From: Planctomycetota bacterium
GTDB lineage: Bacteria; Planctomycetota; UBA8108; SXIK01
Assembly (NCBI GenBank): GCA_965223845.1
Contig: CBDCXR010000004.1
Location: 576,001 to 640,000 of the forward strand
Direction of reading: 5' to 3'
DNA: 64,000 nucleotides
Of the stretch, positions 1-7,874 are shown one piece after another. Each line of letters begins with the position of its first letter. Position 1 is the first letter of the stretch. The notes under the pieces are model-generated. The model did no database searches. It was given only the letters and a program-made list of their open reading frames with translations, and was not told the origin of the DNA. The position numbers and the translations under genes are program-made.

Positions 1-2
1 TT

Positions 3-392
3 GTGATCGCCCAGGCGGAGGCCACGCCCCCGCCGCCGCCGGCGGACGGACAGGCGCCGGCCGCCGAGCCTCCGGGAGGGAGCTTTCTCATCCCGATGCT
101 GATCGTGTTCTTCATCTTTTACTTCCTCATCATTCGTCCCAGCTCAAAGCAGCGAAAGCAGCGTGAAGCCGCGGTGCGGGGGGTGAAGAAGGGGGATGCA
201 GTGGTAATGTCGGCTGGGATGAAGGGAATCGTCAAGAAGGTCGACGAACACGAAGTGACCGTGCAGATCGATCGAGACAAGGACATCCGAGTCCAGTTCC
301 TAAAGGGAGCGATTCTCGAGGTCCTGCCGGATTCGACGGGTGAAGTGAGCGACGCGACGCAGCGAGAGCTCGCCGACCGCGCCTCGCGGTAG
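3..392 (+). CDS. yajC: Preprotein translocase subunit YajC (true start may lie upstream of the window)
   Basis: Single TM then FYFLIIRP..KQRK..VKKGDAVV.SAGMKGIV motif; lies upstream of secDF. Confidence 0.93.
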   Translation: MIAQAEATPPPPPADGQAPAAEPPGGSFLIPMLIVFFIFYFLIIRPSSKQRKQREAAVRGVKKGDAVVMSAGMKGIVKKVDEHEVTVQIDRDKDIRVQFLKGAILEVLPDSTGEVSDATQRELADRASR

Positions 393-429
393 GGAGACGA
401 CTGGCGCAGCGAACGGAAGTGATCGGCTC

Positions 430-900
430 GTGACGAAAACTCGACTTCGGTTATCGTCTCTGATCGTCTTCGTGCTCGCGGCGATGGCGCTGCGTTCGGG
501 TGCCGATTGCCTCGGCGACCTCTTCGCACTTCCCGACGAGCGCGGAGCGCGAGCTGCGGAGAGCGATTCCGCGGAAGGATTCGTCCGGCCGTCGACGACC
601 GACCGGCCGGCTGACCCGGCGGCCGAAACCGATGGGCCGCGAGACGAATCCGAGTCCGTCCCCGCGTCGTCGGGCGCCGGATCTTGCGCCGACGCCGGTA
701 TCGTTGGCACGCCATCGAGCGGCCTCGTTCGCGTTCCGAGCTCCGCTCGAACCGCGACGCACGCCGTTGTTGCCACCGCCGCCGCGTCGCTGCCGATCAC
801 GCGCGCGTGGCGCTGTGCCGGCCCGAGTCCTCTCTCGTCGCCGCTCGCGCTCGCTCGCGCGAGTGTCGCCGCGCCTCGCGCCCCGCCGTCCGAGACCTAG
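430..900 (+). CDS. Putative secretion-monitoring ribosome arrest peptide (signal peptide + C-terminal RAPP)
   Basis: GTG start; basic then hydrophobic N-terminus (TKTRLRLSSLIVFVLAAMAL); low-complexity middle; ends ..APRAPPSET*; RAPP codons at 877-888; directly upstream of secDF. Confidence 0.62.
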   Translation: MTKTRLRLSSLIVFVLAAMALRSGADCLGDLFALPDERGARAAESDSAEGFVRPSTTDRPADPAAETDGPRDESESVPASSGAGSCADAGIVGTPSSGLVRVPSSARTATHAVVATAAASLPITRAWRCAGPSPLSSPLALARASVAAPRAPPSET

Positions 901-1078
901 GGATTCGCTCCGACGCGCCGGCGACTAGTGCGGCCGTCGTCTTCTTCGCGTCGAGCGGGCGCAGAGCGCCCGGATCGACGTCCCGCTTCCGCTCCGCGGA
1001 TCCTGCGCAGCAGGCTCCGCGCCCTCGGTGCACCACTTCGCCGAGCTCCCTCAGAAAACACGGAACTTCGAGGCATCC

Positions 1079-4045
1079 ATGTACAAGAAAACCTTTTGGG
1101 GATTCACCGTCCTCGCCCTCGTGATCGCGTTCGCGATCTGGCTCCTCTACCAGGTGCCGATTCAGCTCGGAATCGACCTCCGCGGCGGCACGGAGCTCAC
1201 CTACCGTCTCGATCTCAGTCTGGTCGAGACGTCGCGCGCGGACGTCGGCGAGCAAGTGAAGAACATCATCAGCCGGCGTCTCAACGCGTACGGCCTGAAG
1301 GAGATCAACGTCTCCGTCCAGGGCGATGATCACCTCGTCGTCCAGCTTCCCGGCACGGATGCGCAATCCGTGAGCGACCTCAAGCGTCAAGTCGAGACCG
1401 CGGGTGAGCTCGAGTTTCGACTTGTCGCGTCCCCGAGTGAGGAGACTCAGGACAAACAAGCGCAGTATCAGCGACTCGAGCGCGAATACGACGAGAAGCT
1501 GCGGGTTTGGATCGCGAGCGACCGCTCGTCGCCGCGGCCGATTGCACCGGCCTACATCGTCCGGCCGGTCGTGGAGAAGGAGAACGCGAACGATCCGCGC
1601 AGCGACTTCAAGCCGACGGGGAGTAACCGCACGCTCGTCAACGACGAGGACAGCATCATCAGCGGGAAGTTCCTTTCGCGAGTCGGTCCGACGCGCGACC
1701 AGAGTCAGCGTCCCGCCGTTCACTTCGAGTTCTCGGGAAACGAGGCGCTCCGCTTCCACGAGCTCACGCGCAACAACATCGATCGCGGCCTCGCGATTCT
1801 GCTCGACGAGGACATTCTCCAGATCGCGAACATCGACGAGGCGATCCCCGGCTCCGGCCAGTTGAGCGGCGACTTCTCCGACCAGGACGTGCAGGGAATC
1901 GTGACGATCCTCCGCGGCGGAAGCATGCCGACGAAGCCGAGGCTGATCTCGGAGATGACCGTCGGCTCCGTGGTCGGACAGGATTCGATCCTCACGAGCC
2001 TCTACGCGGTCGTCTGCGGTCTGATGGCGGTGATGGCGGTGATGGCGGTCTATTACCTGTTCGCGGGCTGCGTGGCGAACTTCGCCGTCGCGCTGAACGT
2101 CCTCCTCATCCTCGCCTACATCGCGTGCTTCCGGCAGACGCTCACGCTCCCCGGAATCGCGGGGATCCTGCTCACGGTCGGTATGGCCGTCGACGCCAAC
2201 ATCCTGATCTTCGAGCGCGTGCGCGAGGAGAAGAAGAAGGGCAAGTCGCTCCTCCAGTCGCTCTCGACCGGCTATCAGCGCGCTTTCTGGGTCATCTTCG
2301 ATGCGAACTTAACGACGCTCATCACCGGATTCGTGCTCTTCAACTTCGGGACGGGGCCGGTGAAGGGCTTCGCGGTGACGCTCATCAGCGGAATCTTGAT
2401 CAGCTTCGTGACGGCGATCTTCGTGACTCGCCTCATCGTCAGCCTGTTCTACAACCTCGGCCTCGTGAAGAACCTGAAGATGTTCGAAGCGTTCGATACG
2501 CCGAAGATCGGGTTCGTCTCCGTGCAGCGTCGGTTCCTCATGCTCTCGGTCGTGGTGATCCTCATCACGTCGTGCCTCGTCCTCTTCCGCGGGAAGGCGA
2601 ACTACGGGATCGACTTCACCGGTGGCGCTCGAATCAACATGCAGCTCTCGCGGGCGGTGTCGATCTCGGAGATGAAGGAAAAGATCGACGCCCTCAAGGA
2701 GGCGAACCCCGACCTGTTTCTCGACTACGGCCTCCAGACCATCGGCGGCGACGGCGGTGAAGCTCGCGCATTCTCGCTCCGCACTCGCGTCAAGGAGGAG
2801 GGCGTTTCGATCGCCGACGCGCAGGAACCGGCGGCGGCACCGGAGGCGGAGACGCCCGAGACGACTCCACCTGCCGTCGCTCCGGCGACCGGAAACTCTG
2901 CGCCGGTCGCGCGCGACGCGGTGGAGGAGGTGAGTTCTGCGCCCGCGGCCGTCGAGGGGGACGCTCAAAAAGTCCGAGTGGTGCTCGAAGAAATGCTCCG
3001 GAGCGAGGGGCTTCTCCTCCCGCCTCTGTTCCCGGTATCGAACTGGTCCGCCGCGAGCGGAGTCGGGCAGGAGACCCAGGAGTTTCTCACGCTCGAGGTG
3101 AACTTCCTTTGGGTGAGTCCCGATCTCACCGAAGACTCGATCAAGGAGTCGATCCAGGCGGAGTTCTCGGCGCATCCGCTTCTCGGCGCGCCGACCGGTG
3201 CCGACGCGGCGAGCGGCTACTCGGGGATTCAGGTCGCGGAGGTGAAGCTCCTCGAAACTCCGCCTCCGGCGGAGGATGGGGTCTCCCGCTACCGCTTCGT
3301 CACCGCTCCGTACTCGCCGCCTCCTCCAGGCGCCGCGCGGTCGAACGTTCCTACCAAGGAGCAGGTGGTCGACGCCTTCCGAACGTACTTTCAAGACCAC
3401 GGTCCCGCGGCGACCGCCGCGGGGAATAAGCGCCACTTCGAGCTGTCGGAGCCGTTCTCCGAAGTCTCGACGGTCGGTCCGAGCGTCGCGACGAACCTCC
3501 AGCAGGACGCGATCATCGCGCTCTTCATTTCGATGCTCGGCATCATCTTCTACGTGTCGCTCCGGTTCGAGTTCATCTTCGGCCTCGCGGCGATCGTCGC
3601 GCTGATTCACGATATCGCGATCACGATCGGAGTCGTCGCCGTCGTCGACACGGTTTTCGGTGCGACGTTCCCCGTGAAGATCAACCTCGCCGAGCTGGCG
3701 GCTCTCCTCACGATCATCGGGTACTCGATCAACGATACGATCGTCGTGTTCGATCGAATCCGCGAGAACTTGCAGATCCACGCGAAGAAGCGGCTCTCGT
3801 TCAAGGAAATCGTCGATCTCAGCATCAATCAAACCCTCAGCCGAACGCTGTGGACGTCGGTGACGACGCTCATTGCGACATCGGTGCTGATCCTCTTCGC
3901 AACGGAGGCCGTGCGAGGATTCACGTTCATCTTCATGGTCGGAATCATCACCGGGACGTACTCCTCGGTGTTCGTCGCGAGTCCAGTGCTGATCTGGCTC
4001 CACGCGCGCGCCCAGCAGCGGCGGGAGGCGCTGGCGAACGCCTGA
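1079..4045 (+). CDS. secDF: Fused protein translocase subunit SecDF
   Basis: LGIDLRGG, GMAVDANILIFER, GIDFTGG and GYSINDTIVVFDRIREN motifs; ATG at 1079 with GAGG upstream. Confidence 0.97.
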   Translation: MYKKTFWGFTVLALVIAFAIWLLYQVPIQLGIDLRGGTELTYRLDLSLVETSRADVGEQVKNIISRRLNAYGLKEINVSVQGDDHLVVQLPGTDAQSVSDLKRQVETAGELEFRLVASPSEETQDKQAQYQRLEREYDEKLRVWIASDRSSPRPIAPAYIVRPVVEKENANDPRSDFKPTGSNRTLVNDEDSIISGKFLSRVGPTRDQSQRPAVHFEFSGNEALRFHELTRNNIDRGLAILLDEDILQIANIDEAIPGSGQLSGDFSDQDVQGIVTILRGGSMPTKPRLISEMTVGSVVGQDSILTSLYAVVCGLMAVMAVMAVYYLFAGCVANFAVALNVLLILAYIACFRQTLTLPGIAGILLTVGMAVDANILIFERVREEKKKGKSLLQSLSTGYQRAFWVIFDANLTTLITGFVLFNFGTGPVKGFAVTLISGILISFVTAIFVTRLIVSLFYNLGLVKNLKMFEAFDTPKIGFVSVQRRFLMLSVVVILITSCLVLFRGKANYGIDFTGGARINMQLSRAVSISEMKEKIDALKEANPDLFLDYGLQTIGGDGGEARAFSLRTRVKEEGVSIADAQEPAAAPEAETPETTPPAVAPATGNSAPVARDAVEEVSSAPAAVEGDAQKVRVVLEEMLRSEGLLLPPLFPVSNWSAASGVGQETQEFLTLEVNFLWVSPDLTEDSIKESIQAEFSAHPLLGAPTGADAASGYSGIQVAEVKLLETPPPAEDGVSRYRFVTAPYSPPPPGAARSNVPTKEQVVDAFRTYFQDHGPAATAAGNKRHFELSEPFSEVSTVGPSVATNLQQDAIIALFISMLGIIFYVSLRFEFIFGLAAIVALIHDIAITIGVVAVVDTVFGATFPVKINLAELAALLTIIGYSINDTIVVFDRIRENLQIHAKKRLSFKEIVDLSINQTLSRTLWTSVTTLIATSVLILFATEAVRGFTFIFMVGIITGTYSSVFVASPVLIWLHARAQQRREALANA

Positions 4046-4079
4046 TCGGACGGCGCCGGTCTCGTCGCCACCCACCTCG

Positions 4080-4130
4080 GAGCCGCCGTCTCGCGCCGAT
4101 TTTGCCGCGAGACGGCGGCTCGTTTTGCTT
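4080..4130 (+). terminator. Probable intrinsic terminator after secDF
   Basis: Perfect 16-bp stem GAGCCGCCGTCTCGCG (4080-4095) / CGCGAGACGGCGGCTC (4106-4121) followed by GTTTTGCTT. Confidence 0.65.
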
Positions 4131-4216
4131 GTGGGCCGACGGGGCCGGCGTGGCTGCGCCCGCTCGCGGGGGACCGCGGCCGTGACGGAGGCACGCGGAG
4201 CGGCGGAGAAACGCGG

Positions 4217-4246
4217 TTGACCTCGCGCGCCACGCGAGATTAAAGT
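4217..4246 (+). promoter_or_regulatory. Putative sigma70 promoter upstream of the LysM gene
   Basis: TTGACC-N18-TAAAGT. Confidence 0.4.
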
Positions 4247-4631
4247 GGTCCGCCGAAGTTGAAGAGTTACCAGAACATTCGCGTCCGCGAGGAGTTCGCC
4301 GGATCGTCGAGGAGTTCTGGCCGGACCGTTCCGTGTGGTGGTGAGTCGCGGAGGCTCGTCGCTGCCCGGGGGAGCCCGAGTGGAAGGACCGGACCGCGGT
4401 CCAGCCGCCGGCTCGCCGTCCTACACATCAGAGGAGCACGCTCGTCCCGGTGACGTCGCGACGGAGCATCATCGATTCGGGGTCGAAGTCGCCGGAGACT
4501 TCCCGAGTCGGTGCCCCGCGGTCCATCCGGGAATGGAGTGACAGTCTCGGTGCCGATCGATCGCGCGCCGAGACGGGTGGCGCTCGTCCGAGGCTCAGCG
4601 CGCGCTCACCCACAGAGGAAGGGAGAGATCT

Positions 4632-5933
4632 ATGAGCAGCGGGACCAAGGTTGCCCTCGTTGCGTTGTTGGTGCTGATGGTGGTCGTCATCGCGCGGCTC
4701 GTTCAGGACGACTCCGATCCGGCGCCGACCGAAACCGGTGAGAGCTCGAGTTCCGCCGACGCGTCCGAGGGGCCCGGCGACGAGCCCGCATCGGGATCGC
4801 CGCGCACCGAACGCCCGTCCGACTCGCGCGCGGGGGAACGATCGAGGTCGCCGGCGATCGCCGGCGGGCTGAGCGGCTCTCAGCCGAACACTCGGGCGGG
4901 CCGCCTGTCAAACGACTCGGCGCGGTCCGGAGATCGGCGAACCGGAAATTCAGCGCGGCCGGGAACGCTGACGCGCGGGGCGGGTGGCTCCACTGGGAGA
5001 GGAAACGAGCCAGCCTCGGGTGACGTGAACTCGTCGCGTGAATCTCGGCGTTCCGCCAATCCGGGACGCTCCGGGCGCCTGAATCTCGCGGGACGGAGTC
5101 CGCGGGCGCCGAGTCCCGTGTTTCACGGGGACGAGGAACCCTCCCGCGGCGCACCGCCGACCTCGATCGGCGCGGAGCGGTCCGCCGCTGGCGATGGTTC
5201 ACGTCCACGCAACGAAGATCGCGGGGTCGTCTCGAATACCCGGCTCCGCGATCCGGCGCGGGTCGCGACGGAACGCCCCGTCGGTTCCTCGAGCGGCGCG
5301 AGCTCGACCGGGACACCCGGTGATCTGGGTAAGGGAGACTTGGCCAAGGGGGCGACGGGAGCGCGCGACGGGCGCGCGGAAAACCTACGGCTCCGCCAGT
5401 TCACGCCGTCGCCGACTCGTTCCGACTCGAAGAACCGGACGGCGACCCGTGACAATGGCGGCTCGTCGGTGAAGGATCGGGACGCGACGAACCGGACGGC
5501 AAAATTCCCCCGGAAGTACCGCATCCGTCCCGGAGACGGCTACTGGCGCATCGCGCATCAGCAGTACGGCGACGCGTCGCTCGCGAGCTTCATTCAGAAG
5601 ACGAACCCGAAGGTGCGGATGCATCCCGGGAAAGAGCTCACGCTTCTCCCGCCGCCGGCAAAGAAGCGCACGCCGACGAGCACCGCAAGCTCGTCGAACT
5701 CGCGCCTCCGCAGTGCGAATCCGGCGCCCGCCTCGAACCGGGGAGCCGGTGCGTCCGCGAGTCCTTCGTCGTCGCAGCGAAAGCACCTCGTCAAGAAGGG
5801 CGAGACGCTCTGGGGCCTATCGCGCCGGTTCTACGGGACCTACTCGGAGATCGAGAGGATCAAGGCGGCCAATCCTTCGCTTCGAACGCGCGATCTGCGG
5901 GCCGGCGAGACGATCGTGATTCCGAAAAAGTGA
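4632..5933 (+). CDS. Membrane-anchored protein with two LysM peptidoglycan-binding domains
   Basis: N-terminal TM; long disordered R/S/G linker; YRIRPGDGYWRIA..YG and HLVKKGETLWGLSRRFYG LysM motifs; purine-rich SD. Confidence 0.88.
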   Translation: MSSGTKVALVALLVLMVVVIARLVQDDSDPAPTETGESSSSADASEGPGDEPASGSPRTERPSDSRAGERSRSPAIAGGLSGSQPNTRAGRLSNDSARSGDRRTGNSARPGTLTRGAGGSTGRGNEPASGDVNSSRESRRSANPGRSGRLNLAGRSPRAPSPVFHGDEEPSRGAPPTSIGAERSAAGDGSRPRNEDRGVVSNTRLRDPARVATERPVGSSSGASSTGTPGDLGKGDLAKGATGARDGRAENLRLRQFTPSPTRSDSKNRTATRDNGGSSVKDRDATNRTAKFPRKYRIRPGDGYWRIAHQQYGDASLASFIQKTNPKVRMHPGKELTLLPPPAKKRTPTSTASSSNSRLRSANPAPASNRGAGASASPSSSQRKHLVKKGETLWGLSRRFYGTYSEIERIKAANPSLRTRDLRAGETIVIPKK

Positions 5934-5997
5934 AGCGAGTGACGTTCGCGCGCTTCGGAAACCGAGGCGGCGATTTGCGAGCTCGAGAAGAAGATGT

Positions 5998-6175
5998 CAC
6001 CACGAAGGGCTTGAGAAGGGCACGAAGGAAGGAAGGAAGGAAGGCGGGCGGAGAGATAGAGATGACCGATCGGACGGATCTTCGGCCGGCTGGATCCGCC
6101 CCTCGTCAGACCTCTCCATCGTTCTCTTTCGTTCTTGATTCTTCCCTTCGCGCCCTTCTCAAACCCTTCGTGGTG
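5998..6175. repeat. Long inverted-repeat (hairpin) element between convergent genes
   Basis: 31-bp arms at 5998-6028 and 6145-6175, 29/31 complementary; GAAG tandem tract inside. Confidence 0.85.
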
Positions 6176-6242
6176 CAATCTCTTCCTCTTCCTCTTCCTC
6201 TTCCACGCACCGCGCCGGGAAGCTTCATCGCCGACTAGCGAC

Positions 6243-7874
6243 TTACCGCTTCCGAGAGCGCTTCGACTTCGACTTCTTCGCCCGAAGATTGCGCATGTAC
6301 TCGCGAAACTCATCCGCGATCGTGCTGAACCGGTCGATCGGCCCCTCACCCTTCGCCGGGATGTAGTCGGCGAGCGCGTACTTGTCGCGGATGCGACCGC
6401 CGTAAAAGTCGCTCACGAATCGAAGGAAGTCCTCTTTGTAGACTTCCTCGTCGTAGTGCATGAAGAAGTGGACGAGCGCGCCGCTCAGCGCGTAGTTCGC
6501 CGTGCGCCCGGTTTCGTGGAAGCTCTTGTTGTCGACCGTGACGAACTCTTCGAGGTCGAAGCTCCCTTCCTTCAGAATGCCGCGGGCCATCGTCAACTCG
6601 GGAATGTCGGTCTTCCGTCCCGGGTACCACTTGTCGCCGCTCCGCGCCCAGGTCTCGACGTAGACGGCGAGGCCCTCGATCACCCAGTTGTTCGCGACGC
6701 TTCCGCCGCCGGTGTCGTCCTTCGTTTCCTCGAAGAGCTGGTGGGCGACCTCGTGGAAAAGCGTCGCGTAGGTCCGCTCCTGGTCCTCGGTGAAGAAGAA
6801 CCGCGACACGCGATCTCTCGGGCTGTAGAAGCCCGCCGACTCGCGGAGCAGCTGCTTGTTGCCGTGTTTCTCACGGACGTGCTGGAGGTAGTCGTAGCGG
6901 TCCTTGAAGACGTAGACCGGGTGAAGATCGGCCTTCCCGAGCTGAAAGAGGAGCTTCCCGCTCTTCTTCTGTTCGTAGTAGCCGAGGAAAACGCGCAGGA
7001 ACTCGCGTTTGAACGAGTCGAGAATCTGCGCGAACTTCCACGCTTCCGCGCGACCCTTCTTGGTCGACACTGCGAAGAACTCGCTCGTCACGCGATAGGG
7101 GTTGTAGTCGTTGCGATTGCGGCGTTCGCGCTCGACGTCCTTCGGGACCCAGTCCTTCTCGCGCCACGGACGAAGGCCCTCGTCCCATTTCTTCTTGTGC
7201 TTCTTCTCGACCCAGCCCTCATCGGTCAGGTAGTGCTTCCTCCGTAGCTGGAGCTCCCACTTTCGTCGCCAGCTTTTCTCCTTGCTGTCCCAGGCGTAGC
7301 CGAGAGCGGCTCGCGCATTCTTCACGGCGGAATTCGTCGGGTCGTCGCTCGTCTCGAGGATTTCGTGAAGGAGCTGGAACGCCCGCGTGTAGAGCCCGTA
7401 GCGGAAGCCTCCCTCGGCGAACCGGAAGAGCGCTTTCGCATGCGCCGCGCGAGCGCGCTCGAGGTCGCTCCGAAACCGGTCGCGCGCCGGCTCGAGATCC
7501 TTGTCTTCGGACGGCTTCTCGACGTCCGTGAGCTCTCGGCGAAGTTCGGCGAGTCGTTCGTAGTCGGGATTCAGCCGGCGAATCTCTTTGTAGAGGTCAC
7601 GCCCTTCTTTGATCAGCCCCTTCTTTGCCCCCGACGCGGCGAGCTTGTCGAGCGCCGCGCTGTACTTGTCGCGGACTCGGATCGACTCGCGGCGAAACGC
7701 GTCCTTTACCTGCTCCTCGCTCGGCTTGTTCCGCCCGCGCGATTGGGCCGTGGCCCCGGATTCGCTGATCGGGAAAAGCGCGGCGATGACGACGAGGCCC
7801 GTCGCGGCGCCGAGCAGTCGCCGTCGAGCGCGCCGTCGATGGGGGCAAGAGGGCCCGCCCTGCGGGCTAATCAT
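6243..7874 (-). CDS. Exported DUF1570-like / gluzincin-type HEXXH metallopeptidase
   Basis: Signal-like N-terminus; AGFY, TLFHEVAHQLF and WVIEGLAVYVE motifs; ATG overlaps the end of the upstream gene. Confidence 0.75.
   Translation of the reverse strand: MISPQGGPSCPHRRRARRRLLGAATGLVVIAALFPISESGATAQSRGRNKPSEEQVKDAFRRESIRVRDKYSAALDKLAASGAKKGLIKEGRDLYKEIRRLNPDYERLAELRRELTDVEKPSEDKDLEPARDRFRSDLERARAAHAKALFRFAEGGFRYGLYTRAFQLLHEILETSDDPTNSAVKNARAALGYAWDSKEKSWRRKWELQLRRKHYLTDEGWVEKKHKKKWDEGLRPWREKDWVPKDVERERRNRNDYNPYRVTSEFFAVSTKKGRAEAWKFAQILDSFKREFLRVFLGYYEQKKSGKLLFQLGKADLHPVYVFKDRYDYLQHVREKHGNKQLLRESAGFYSPRDRVSRFFFTEDQERTYATLFHEVAHQLFEETKDDTGGGSVANNWVIEGLAVYVETWARSGDKWYPGRKTDIPELTMARGILKEGSFDLEEFVTVDNKSFHETGRTANYALSGALVHFFMHYDEEVYKEDFLRFVSDFYGGRIRDKYALADYIPAKGEGPIDRFSTIADEFREYMRNLRAKKSKSKRSRKR

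Noticed and set aside
5998-6175. Possible CRISPR array or IS element
   Set aside because: No regularly spaced repeats with spacers, no cas genes, no transposase.
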